From positions 1 through 64,000 of the forward strand of contig JAAILG010001591.1 in the NCBI GenBank assembly GCA_012026655.1: a stretch of DNA of 64,000 nt, written 5' to 3'. Shown in pieces: positions 1-12,800 of this stretch. The notes under the pieces are model-generated. The model did no database searches. It saw nothing but the letters and a program-made list of their open reading frames with translations, and was not told where the DNA came from. The DNA comes from Hydrolagus affinis (lineage: Eukaryota). The stretch's first letter is position 1. Each line of letters begins with the position of its first letter. The position numbers were made by a program, and so were the translations under genes.

Positions 1-732
1 AGGGTTATTGACCATCGGATTAAGGAAATTATTTGAAGTCAATCAGTTCTTCATGGTGTTTCTTTTATTAAAATTGTGTATTGCTTTTGGTGTGTCAAAA
101 ATGCTTTATGCTTTACAGCACAGCAGCATTATGCTTATTTATTCCATTGTGATGGATTAAGTTGACTTTTCCAAATATTGTAAATAGAGCAAACGTGATT
201 GAGAATTAACATTATTTATGACTTTAGCTTGTTTTAAAACTAAAGAAGATTGAGGGATTTTATTAAAAGGTGCTTTGAAAATTACAGTAAGTAGGAAGTG
301 AGAGAGGGACAGAAAAGGCACAAAGCTTGTATAAGGGGAGAAATTCCAGTTGGTTTTCTCTCAACTACGTGACATTTTAGAATTTACACAATTTGGGGAA
401 ATTGTTGAATTTAGTCTTAACTTTGTAATTCTTAGAAAAAAAAATGTGCCCCAGCCTTTGAAGGTGGGGCGAGAGAGAGAGGAAGTGAGGTTAAAGAGGC
501 TTTAAAGGAGGATACCAAAGGTCGGATCCTAGCTTGACCATCAGTGGTAGAGTGGAGGGGTTCAGGAAAAAGCAATAGACTAGAATATGACGTAAAGGAT
601 TTGGGCAAGAGAGTATGACTAAATATTAAATTCACTCCGTGCCAGACTACATTGGAAAAAATACATTTCTAAATATCTCGTGAATTCATTTTCTGTTTTA
701 AGGAATATTTTATTTGCTGTTTTTGATTTTAG

Positions 733-844
733 TGACTCCCCGCGAAAGCGAAGCAACCTAGTGTCCGGGCAGAATTCAACTGCTAAAGCGGCAGAAAATG
801 AAGGGGAGGAAAGTCAAGTGGAAATTGCTGTAGAAAACTTTCCA
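733..844 (+). CDS. NPAT: NPAT coding exon (about exon 8)
   Basis: ttttag|T GAC TCC CCG CGA AAG...TTT CCA|gtaagt; encodes [10 protein letters not shown]...AVENFP. Confidence 0.85.
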
Positions 845-3800
845 GTAAGTATTGCTTGAACAGGCATTAACTCACAGTTATTACTCCTTCCCACTGACTA
901 AGACTTCTACAGTAGATACAAACAGAAAGATGGCAATCGGTCCATCGTGCCTGTGTCATTACGATCTGGTCTTCAGGAGCGATCTGAAGACCAGCAAGGA
1001 AGGGACAACATGCAGAGAATTTGACGATTGACTTGAGAGAGTTCTTGGGCCAAAGTGACTGAAGGTGAAGCAGAGGTTTCGAGTGATATAGAGGAAGTTG
1101 TAGCAAACCCTAGACTTCTAAAACGTCTCTGATCAGAGCAAATCAGCTAGTTTAAAGGATGTTCTGTTGCTCGTATCTCCCCATTTTACATCTTCCCCTA
1201 AATGAAGTATTTTGCTGGAGGGAGAGAATTGAAAAGTTTTACATCTGGATCAGATGTACCTCTAATAAACAGGCTAGAGATTTTCCAATAAACAGGCTAA
1301 ATTAGACTAGTTATTTTAAATTATCACTGATTGAATGTTTCCCTCAAGGGTAGTAATTGACGTGGCATGATGTGTGGTTGAATTGACTTTCGTTTTTTTT
1401 TAGCAAAGGGTGATTGAAAATGCAAGGGAGAAAATCTTAAAAGATCGCTCTCTGCTGGAGAAACTTGCAGAAAACATCAATAAAGTCATGTTCAGGTAAT
1501 GTACACTGAAACAGACTGATGTGGTGTCTGATACAGAACTTTCTATTGTTAATGCTCTGTAACCTTTCACCCGTTATCGAGTGAAATTAGAAATGTCTAT
1601 AGAATTAAATTGTGTTCTGGACGTGAAATTATTGAATTGCATTGAAACTGAATACAGTAAAAGACCGTTTATCCGATCAACTGGAATGCTCGACCCCCTC
1701 CCGGGGCAATTCCCCATTCCAGCAATCGCGAGTATGCTCACTTTGCGCATGCGTGCGCATGCACACTTATTAAACTTGTGAACTTGGAGGTTTTTACCGA
1801 TCGGTAAAAAATGCTTTTTACCAAGTGTGCTGGAATCTTTATTGGTAAGTAACTATACAATATTCAGTTACTATTTAGCATATTATTAATATAGTATGTT
1901 TTAAAATAAGTAAATTTTTTGTGTTGGGTTTTCGGCAACTTGCCGCCCGTCTATCCGGCACAGTCAATTAGTCGACCCCCCAACGGAGGGTGCCGGATAA
2001 ACGGGCTTTTACTGTATTTTGAAATTCTGAAAACTGAAATTTGTCTTGTAGTAAGTAAAGCATGAATTGGTGAATATTGAAAGTGAAATGAAAGTACACG
2101 ATCCCTGCTTAATAATGTGGGCAAGAAGAAATTTTTCAAATGGAGCAGAAGAAATTTGAATGTTTGTGCTTGCATTTAGAGTAACAATGATCTGCGTTTA
2201 AGTTCTGAACCTAAACTAAATCTATTGAAATCTTTTACAGTGAAGGTAATACACACACATCAAAGCCACCAGACAGCAATACATCTTTACCAGATCAGTC
2301 GATTGATGAAATCCTAGGCCTTGGGGTAAAGTATTTTTTTTAGCATAAGTTTTAGTTCCTCTCAGAATCCTCTGACTCTCCAATACTAAATGTTAAATAT
2401 GGATTCAGAAAGTAAGATGTGAAAAGAGGTATTTGGCGCATAATGTTCCTATCTAATGTACAGTATAAAATGTATGGATATTTTCTGGAATAATTCTGTA
2501 CATAAAATTGGATTAATCCATGAAATAAATAGATACACCCTTGTAGGATAGAGCGTAGAAGCTAATGACTGATTTCTGAGCATGGTGAGTGCAAAGTAGA
2601 AGGACTGCACAAAGGGGATTTTGGTTTATGACGGTGCAGAGAATGTATGGGGAAAATAGCTACTGTTCTATCACTGCATTTGTGAATGCAATAAAGTCTA
2701 ATTCTGCCGAGAAATGGGATTAGCTCCAATGTAAAAACAATAACAATTTGTACTTAGCGTCTCAGAGCACTTAATAGTGGTGGAGCCTAATACCAAGCTG
2801 GGTTGGTAACCAGCAGAGTACAGTATTGCAGCCTACTGTGCTGAAATTTCTGCTAACCACAGTCAGCCTTTAAAAATCCAATGCTTTGAAGTATCAAAGT
2901 GATGCAAGTGAAATTTGATCTAGTTTTGAAATATTTTTATTTCCATTTATGCACAAGAATGTTGGAACAAATGAAATTTGTTTAAATTTTTTTTAATAAA
3001 AAAACAAAAATTTGAATACAATTTTTCAAGATGTGTTCAGCTCAACTTGTAAGGCTAGATTGAATGGTGTGTTTTTAAGCAACATAATCTTATAAGTAGT
3101 CTGACTCCTATGAAAGCTCATCACCATGCTTAATCTATCTCCCATCCCCATGCTTAACCTTTCTTTCCAAACGGAACTACAGAGAGTTCCACATATGAAT
3201 AGAAATTTACACATGGTATGGAATCCGCACTTTCCCGAATGGAAGCAGCATTCATGCATAAACTCCACAGAGTTTAGGGCTGGGTTGGGAAGTGTATGTT
3301 GGGAGTACTGCTGGAATTTGACCAGCTAAAACCATGCATCTTACCAAAACTGACACTGGCAAGCTTCTCACTGCATGTACAGCTAGGACCAACCTTGCCA
3401 ATTGGGGCTTTATCTTGTGAGGTTATCAGGAGCACAGTGGGAAGAATTCCTGTGAGTGGTTTGCTCCTCCAATACTCCTGTTGAACTAGCTGCCTGGTTT
3501 GTCATCAGCATTTACTTGCAGTACTCCATATTTTGCTGATTCTGAAACTTTACCACCAAGCCCATCCAAGAGGATTGAAAGTATATTCCATTATCAGGCA
3601 TGTGAGCATGAATTCTGCAGATGGACAACTAAAGTTCATAACACTAAAAAAAAACCTTGCCTTTCATAGGATGAAGTTCACATGTCTGATCAAGCTATCC
3701 AGGACATCTTGGAGCAGACCGAGTCAGACCCAGCCTTTCAGGCACTTTATGATCTCTTCGATTATGGTTTGTATGGGATTCTATGTGAATGCTGCTTTTT

Positions 3801-6800
3801 ATCTAATGTGGATTTGCTGACATTCAGACAATCTCTAGTTTAGCACTTTTAAATGAGGTTCTTGTGTGTTTAGCATTGAGAGGCATCTGGGTGAAAAAGG
3901 AATATATATAATATATATATATTCGGCATTGTAGACAACAAAAAATACCTAAATAAAGGTATGGAAGGATGATTAAAATGCTAAGTGCTTTATGGAAGGA
4001 AAAGGTTTAAATCTCCTTAAGGAAAGAGGATTATTTATTAAAATGGATGTTCCCTTATCAAAATTGTCATAATATTTTCAACGATTTTGCCTTGGGACAT
4101 CCTCCTGATGTGTAAGGTGATTTACAAATGTGATTTGGTTGTTTAATTCCCATCGGCAACTCCTAATCCCCCCTCCCCTGTCCCCAGCTCGGGTCTGACA
4201 CAGTGACTGTCCAGCGCCTTGGGACGTCCTCCTGACGTGAAAGGTGCTATACAAGTGTACTGGTACTCCTCTCTATACGTCGACCCAAATATACGTTGTT
4301 TCGATTATACTTTGTTGATGAATTAATAAATAGTTTAAAAAGAAATTAGAATATTGGATTAATTGAAGGGATATTAGCTGATTGCATTTTATAGTAGTTG
4401 TTTAGTAAATATATAAATAAGATAATAAATACAATTAAGAGAACACTGGAGATGGTTGATGTGGTAGTGGGCAGGGGTGGAGTCATTCAGATGAAGGGTC
4501 GGGATTACCTGCCTCTTGTATGGATCCCCAGGGGCGCCTCCCTCACGCCACGGCCCCAAACACCTGATCGCTGGCAAGCGTTTGCTCATTCGTAATTTCG
4601 ACAATTTTAGAAAACATGTACGAAGGCGCATTATTTTGATATTCAGACAGTCCAATGTTGCTAATCTAGATTTTTATTTGCGATTTTGTGTGCTTATGGA
4701 TTTATTTTATCTGTTGCTTTGTATTCTGTTTGATATAGATAAATCCCAAAAAGATGAGGATACTGATTATGGGCTCTCTGGGGAAGATGATTTAAAAGTA
4801 ATAGAAAGTAGTAAAACGTCAGCCTTCACTGAAGATATGGAGACCCTTAACTCCTTTCAAACAGAAGAATTGGGTTAGTTTTCATTTCATTATTATTTGC
4901 TGTTTTTCTGCCCCCAAAACATTATAAAATTCCTAATTTGGGCTCCGCACACCTAATCTTAACAAAGCTCAATTGCTCTCACTCAGTCACACCATGGAAT
5001 CAACCTTATAACTAGTTCTTGTCTTTCATTTCCTTCATGGTCTTATNNNNNNNNNNNNNNNNNNNNNNNNNNNNNNNNNNNNNNNNNNNNNNNNNNNNNN
5101 NNNNNNNNNNNNNNNNNNNNNNNNNNNNNNNNNNNNNNNNNNNNNNATTATTATTATCTTCCCTTTAACTATTTAATCTCTGCCAGTTTTTCCCCTGCTA
5201 ATATTCTGCAGTCCTATTGCTCACTCCTCCAGTCCCATTATTGGTTCAGTGCTCAGTCACTGTCCTTTGGAAATCTTCCAGTATCTTGTTTTCTCTCTAG
5301 AATCTTAGAATATTGCAGCACAGAAGGAGGCCATTGTGCATGTACCCATTCAGTCCCACAGCCCTGCCCTTTCCCCACGTCCCTGAAATGTTTTCCTTTC
5401 TGATTGATGTAGGTAAATCCCAGAAGGATGAGACTGATCATGGACTCTCTCGGCAAGATGATTCACAAATAATAGAAAGTAGAACAACTTCAGCCTTCTC
5501 TGAAGATGTGGAGACCCTCAACTCCTTTCAAACAGAAGAATTGGGTTAGTTTTAATTTCATTATGGTTTGTTTTGAGCCTCAATGCCCTTTGTGAATCAA
5601 ATCTCTGCTCAGGCTTTTGGTCAGTATCTTTAAAGCTCGCCATTCCCTTCTTGTGGAGTCCTGAGCACTCACCTTACAAGTGAGATACCTGGGTTTGATT
5701 CCAGTCAGGGTGAAACTGTGGACCAGTTTTCTTTCTCCACACCCCTGATAATAATCCCCCAAGAGAGATAAAAATAAAGTGGTCATTTCAATCCACGACT
5801 GTTTTTGGTACATTGCTGTGTGCAATTGGCTGCTGCGTTTCGCCCACAAAATATACAGTCAATTAATTTTACACTATTTTGTGAAGCGCTTTGAGACATC
5901 TTGAAGACATGAAAAGTGCTACATCAAATGCAAGGATTGTTATATTGGCTCTCTATTATATCAGTAATGTGCTTCAAGCCATTCATCCTACATTAAAAGG
6001 CTAAGTACAAGTTGCTGTAGTACCTTAATGGGTAATTCTTAAATGTATGTGATATTCAAAAGCAAAAAATATAAGAATTGCCCATTAAGATACAACAATA
6101 AATTGCACTTGTATAGTGCATTTCACATAGGATGATCACATCAAAGCACTTTCCTATATTTAATGCTTTAGGTGCTACTTATACAAATATGCAACTTTCT
6201 CCATGGTTTTTCTAGATGAGAAGACAGAGGACTTTCCTTCAACAGTCCTTGATAAGAATGTGCAAAATGGATCCGAATGCGAAGCTGACAGTACAGTATC
6301 TGTAACTCAGAAAATCCTACAGGAGTCAAGTTCCAGTTCAGAATCCAAGAAACAAGAGAATCTCTTCCAAGCGATCACTCCAGTCGATGCAGCGCTTTCT
6401 ACAGACAATCTTACCTCCCCCGTCCAGGCATCTGAATCTAGCCACTGGACAGTAGAAGTTGCCAATGCTACACCTACCCTTTCTTTTACTGGTGCTGATC
6501 ACTCAACTGAGTCAGCTATGTGTGAGGCTCATGATCCTGAAGATGTAGCTGAGATGGAAATTGAAGACCATTCTCCATCCACTAATCCTGAAAGTGCAAA
6601 TGAATCTGTGGTCCTGCAACAGGATGTGAGTGAGGAGACTGCTGGTATTCAACAGCTGACTGATCCCAATGAAAAAGCACAAGACTGTTCTCAAATAACC
6701 CAACAAAGTGAACCACTTGTTACAGTTAATGAGCAACATTCAGTTTGTGATGCTGATGTATCTGAGATTACAAGTCCAGGGAAGCTCGAAGAGCCAGTGA

Positions 6801-9800
6801 GTCCAAACGTCTCGGATAAAAGGACAGATGGCGAGAGTGCAGTTGAAGTTGGTGAGATGGTTCCTTCAGCTAGCAGTGAAACCTTGTTACAGTCACCTCT
6901 CCAAGGTCAGAACAGCTGTGCGGCGGTGCCTGGTGATCACGATGGAAATAAACCGTTGTCGTTTGATCCTAATAATTCCTTAATAGGAACAGTGCCAGAG
7001 CAGCCAACGGTTTCACATGCATCTGTGACTGACCCAAGCTCCTCTTTAATCACTTCACAGTCTTCACAAGCTGAAGTTAGTTTACTTGTTTCAACTGTAA
7101 ATTCCAGTTCAGTGAACTCCGTTAATTCCAGCACACCTGTAAAGGACGACCCTTCTGAGGGTGTGGAATTACCTGACCAAACGGAACCGGTGTCTTCCTC
7201 TGTATCTTCCAGATCAATCTCTGAGGCCAAGGCTACAACCCTGCACCTGGACTCTGGGGTTTCTGGGTTTAAACCTGTTCCCGAAGGAGAACGTTTTTCA
7301 ACCGATACAGTCTCCACGTTCTCTCCAACCATCACCTCTGCAACGTCCGATGTTATTCCCACATCTGATGCTCCGGACCCTGAGCCTTCCAGTACAGTAG
7401 AAGTGGATCCCACAGATATAGTAAATCTCAAGATTGTCATCTGCGATGATCCCAAACGGTCTTTATCCGACACCGAATTAACCAACGCAGTGTCTAGTAT
7501 TACAAATGAAAATAATGACAATATGCCCACAATTGTATTGTCCTCTCCAGGTGAGACGCCTTTACAAGGCAAAGGTGTAACCCAGCCTTCCACAAGTGGA
7601 AAGGGTGGGGCTGTTACAACAACAACAACTTCGATTTATATAGTGCCCTCTACGCCGGACGGTGTCTCTGTCTTTAGCCCCAGTCAGTGTGTTAGTGCTG
7701 AAGAAATTGAAAATGCTGTTGATATTCTGGGTGTGGCAGAGGAGCCTGAAAGCTCTGGGCAGAATTTTGCCCTCGTCGGTGTTCAATCGGCACCAACACA
7801 AAGTGTAACTACCTGTACAGTGAGTTCACCACAGAGAGACAGGGTTGCATTTTCCATCAATAAGCCAATTGATCTGTCAAACAACACTGGTTACATACAG
7901 CTGTTACCTGCAGCTACCACCTTCGGGCAATCCAATAGTGTTTTGATTGCAACTTGCTTGCAGGACTCGCCCTCCTTTTGTAGTTCTCTAGGACGATCTG
8001 TGAACCAAAGGGTTGAGCCAAATAACAGAAATCCATTTGGTTTGGGCGGCCAAGGGAGCTCTGCAAATGTCTTAATGTTACCAAATAGCTGTGGTGCTGC
8101 AACCTTCTCCATATCTGTTCCACAAGCATTGTCAAACCCTCTGAGGCCAAGCGCTATTTTGACCATGGGACAGCCTGTATCTTCAAGCTTTCCACAAGGT
8201 ATTAGGACAGCTGATGATCCTGTAGAATATTGAGCTCACAAGTAATAATAATTCCTGTCATTTGATATAGTGCCTTTCATCCATGGAGGATGTCTAAGCC
8301 ACCTCACCTGATATATTGCAAAGTTGTACACGAATGTGACACCATTTTCTTGTCACAAACAGCCATGAAGTGAATGACCCAATTTTATTTGGGTGGGTTG
8401 TTGACAAGGACACTTGGAGAAATTCGCTTCTATTTTGAACAGTGCCATGGGTTCTTTCTCATCCTTCTGAACAGGCAAACGATTTAAGGTCTCATCTATT
8501 TATTTAGAAATAATAGATTGCAATGTTTTTATCTCCAAATATTATATAATAATGTCGACATACTTTATTTCAAGGGAAGGAGCATACAATGCTTGTACAT
8601 ACAAATTAGATGAATACAGTATTTAGGAACTAGAATGGCATTGAAGTAGAATGACTTGTAGGGGTAGCACCTTTCGTCACACTGTTAAAACCTTCCTCTT
8701 TGATCTTATGTTTCCCATCACGTCCTCCCTCCCCCAGACTCAGAGTCAGGCTCTGCCACTGTTAAGAGCTCCATGTCTCTACCCTGCATGAAGGGCACCA
8801 TATAAATACAAGTTGTTGATGGTTGAGTGTTGCAAATAAACTGTGAAAGCTTGTAATAAGATTATTGTAACTAATGTTGAGATTTAGATGGTACAATTGA
8901 CCTTTCTGATTTGGTTTTGATCCTCTGAAAGAGTGGATAAGTCAGTAACTCACCTAGTGGTCAGTGTTCATCATATGTGAGGCTGGACTCTGAATGTTGA
9001 CCAGATAAACCTCTCTGCTAACTTAGTCCAGACCATAGATCATGTCTGGTGTCTGTGACTAGGTTCCGCACCACATAGTTCATTAACTCACTCAGCCTGG
9101 TAGAACACGAACCTTAAAAACTGATCTGAATTTGTATTTTAACCACAAACAATTAAATAGGATTTTGTGGCTTTGCTATTGCAGTAAATTGTGGAAGCAA
9201 AAAAAAACAAGGAAAGACAAATCAGATTATTATTCAGAAACATAAAGCCTTTTCTGCACAGTGCAGTTTAACACTGGGGTTTTGAATGGGCTTGTGGGAA
9301 AATCACCAGAGTAAATGGTGTGTCAACCTGAAAAGCTGTCTGAAGCTGCACTTCCCTATCCCTCAGTGAATCAATTGTATGATCCTTCTTTGTACGGTTA
9401 AAATACAAATCCCTGCTCACGTGAAGCATGCTATTTGTTTGGTGGTTGTTGTTTTCTCACACTCTCCTTTGGAAGTGATTAGGTTTGAATCTTTTCTTTC
9501 ATGCCTAATGTGACTATGGTTTGATATTTTTAAACTACAAGTTACTAACCCACATGTGTTGAATCCTCAGGGTCAACTTTTTACATCACTTCCCCCATTC
9601 AACCGGTGCTGCAGGGAATGGTGGGAGTGATTCCAGTTTCAATATTGGGTCAGAGCAGCCCAAATCCATTCACAGTGTCCACCCAACAGGTGAGTTCACA
9701 TAGAATTGAACTCATTGGAAAAGGTGCAGAGAAGGTTTATTAGAATGGTACCAGGATTGAGGGACTTCAGTTATGAGGAAAGGCTGGATAGGCTAGGTTT

Positions 9801-12800
9801 ATTCTTTTTAGAACAGAGAAGGTTGAGAGGAGACCTAATAGAGGTTTATAAAATCATGAGGGGATTCGACAGGGTGAATAAGGAAGATTTTTTTCCACTG
9901 GTGGGCGAATCTGTGACTTGTGGTCACAGATTTAAAATAGTTTCTAAATGAAGCAGAGGGGAGCTGAGGAGAATTTTTTTCACTCAGCGGGTTGTTCGAA
10001 CCTGGAATGCATTGCCTGAAAAGGTGGTGGAGGCCAATTCAATAACAGCTTTTAAAAGAGAATTAGATCTTTATTTAGGGAGAACAGGTCTGTTAGGTTA
10101 TGGGGAGAGAGCTGGGCAGTGGGATTGAGTTGCTCTTTTCAAAGAGCCGGCACAGACTAGATGGGCCAAATGGCCTCCTTTTGTGCCGTAAAATTCTATG
10201 ATTCTATTAATATATCTTTGTCAGAATGTAATAGCAATGACTGAGAAAAAGGGGTTGGTTTACTATAAGCTACTGGTATTACTACATGTGGAGCCATGTA
10301 GCTCAGTGGCTAGAGCACTCTCCTTGCAAGCGAGAGGACCCAGCCAGAGCAAAATCTTGCTCAAGTTTCCTTACTCCGCACGCCTGATAGTACTCCCTCA
10401 AGAAAATAAAAACCCAATAATAAATCGGTCATTTCAATCCAGCACTGTTTGTGGGTCACAGCTATGTGCAATTGGCTGCTGTGTTTTGCCTGCAGATATA
10501 CAGTCAATTCACTTTACAGTATATTCTGTGAAATGTTTTGAGGCGTCTAAAAGACATGAAAAGCGCTATATCAAAATGAAAGGATTATTGTGTAAAAGAA
10601 TGATATGGCATATTTGGAGTTTTTGGGGGAGGCTGTTACTGTATTATAGTGAAATCTTGTTACAACATACTTTATTATAACACAGGTTTGCTTATAAAGC
10701 TGGTGTCTTATGGACCCATAGCCCAGCCAGTTCTATGCTGTGCCTGCACAGAAAGTGAAGATGCACAACCAAACCTCTCACACTCGTAGATTTGGTTGCG
10801 TGTTGTAAAATACAACTTAGCCTTCCAGTGTGAGTAGATTAAAAGGCTGATTTCCAGGACATTAAGTTGCCACTGATGTCAATGCACAACAAATGCCATC
10901 GAGAAGTCCCAATGACCCAGTTCACTGTTTTGGCTTTGTGCGCCATTTGACATTCTGCAGATATGTGCAGTGAATGTGCAAACGTTCACCACCGATTATA
11001 GTAGTATAGTGACACAGTGACTAGTGATCACTGTAGTGATGGAAATAATTTTTTGGGACCTCAACAATTTTGTTATAATCAGGTACCACCTTAATTGGGC
11101 ACAGAGCTTTGACTCACAGATAGCAAGTAAGCTTTTCCCTGATTATTATTTAGATCATTATGAATGGACCACCAGTACGCTCACACATATTTTGAAGTGT
11201 GTAATAATAATAATAATAATCCTTCATTTGATATAGTGTCATCACATTTTAGAGACGCCTCAAAGAGCTTCACAGAATGTATCCTAAAGTGAATTGACTA
11301 CATATTTTGTCGCCAAAACGCAGCAGCCAATTGCGCACAGCAATGTCCCACAAACAGCCGTGGGTTGAATGACCAAATTATTATTTATTTTTTGGAAGGG
11401 GTTATTACCCTCAGAAAAGCAATCCTCCATATAAGGTCTTCTAGACACTAGTTATTTTTCTGTTCAATGCATTAGTTAAGTTTTGTGTGTTTAGCCTCGT
11501 GTCACAGAAGAGTTAGATGAGACTTGCATCCTACCATTCTCCAAACAGTGAGCCATGATCATGAAATGGAAGGACATGGGGCTGGAGCTTGCATTGCACC
11601 TTGGTATTACAGAATGGGAGGACATAGGGTTCAAGTCTGCAAAATACAATGAGTTGGCGATCTAGGCTGTTTCACTGCAGAACCAAGAGGAAGCTTTACT
11701 GTTACATGCAGAAAGGGAAGGGCAATGTAAGCGCTTGGCATTCCTAAAGTCCCACTGGGCCCTAAGAAGTATATGTCATATTGAATGGTCTTCATTAAAC
11801 CAAGAAGGACATTGGGAGATTAGAAGCAAATTGCTTAAATCAATTTAATTGATTAAATACAAGTTTATTTGATACACGGCACTCTGATTGTTTATCAAAA
11901 TCTTTAACTTGAGAACCTACTCTTGAACACTGATGGTATAATGCTGCTGTTTTGTTCAATCACTAAATCTAGCTTGACCACCTCCAAATTGTCACTTCGC
12001 CATCTCCAATGTGCAAACCTTGTAACAACAACAAAATTACACGTGTATAGCACCTTTCACATCAGGAGGACATCCCAAGGCGCTGAGTAACACAGAGTCA
12101 TCCTGAAGTCTACCACTTATTGCTGCCTCCTCAAGCCCCCTCCATCTTCACCTCTCCAAGGGAGTCATGGACGTCCTTATTACCAATATCTGCCTAGTTG
12201 CATCTTACCCCTACCCCTACTAGCTATACCTTACAATCTTTTGTCCCCATTTCTCCCTTGTCCTTCTCCACTCGTTTCTCACTTGAACTCCCAAAAACAA
12301 GTTACTGTAATAACATCTGAAATCCATGGGTAATTACTATTTCTCACACAAAGTGCGTGAGAATTTTCAAACCAAAAGATGTTTGTGCAGAACAATGGGC
12401 TCGAGGTACGGAAATAAGACCCAGGTTTGGGGTTTATGTTACTGGGGTTTACAATGAGTGCTTGAAAATAGTGAAAATGAAACTCATCCTGGGTTAAAAT
12501 GTGCAATAATTGATGGTAGATTTATTTCACTCAGGTTTTCCAACCTCCCACTTCATCTCCACTTCGCAAACAGTGTCCCAGGTTCAGTAAACTTCCCATT
12601 TCACGGAAACAGCCACGGTTAGCAGTTAGTCCAGACACCTCCAAAGCGGGTGAGTACATGTTTGGAGCTGTTTTTTGGTATACATTTAATCTGTAAACTA
12701 TTTTCATTTGAAAACAAATGCAACTGTTTAAATATTACATTAAATCTGCCTGCTGCCTCCTTGTTTTCATGTCTTTACATGATCAGTTGTTAATTGAATT

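Noticed and set aside
1581-1781. Two ORFs sharing [16 protein letters not shown] (also 54940-55155)
   Set aside because: The similarity comes from two copies of a non-coding MITE, not from a protein family.
4488-4520. CAGATGAAGGGTC, resembling the hammerhead core and start of stem II
   Set aside because: Core has A in place of U, and no closing stem II, GAAA or stem I follows.
6937-7593. 218-aa antisense ORF and other ORFs overlapping the large NPAT exons
   Set aside because: Shadow frames of the real Ser/Thr-rich coding exon, with no recognisable domain.
8900-9110. Possible ancient SINE-like remnants (also about 17050-17260, 17530-17640 and 62740-62900)
   Set aside because: Too diverged to delimit or classify by eye; needs a profile search.
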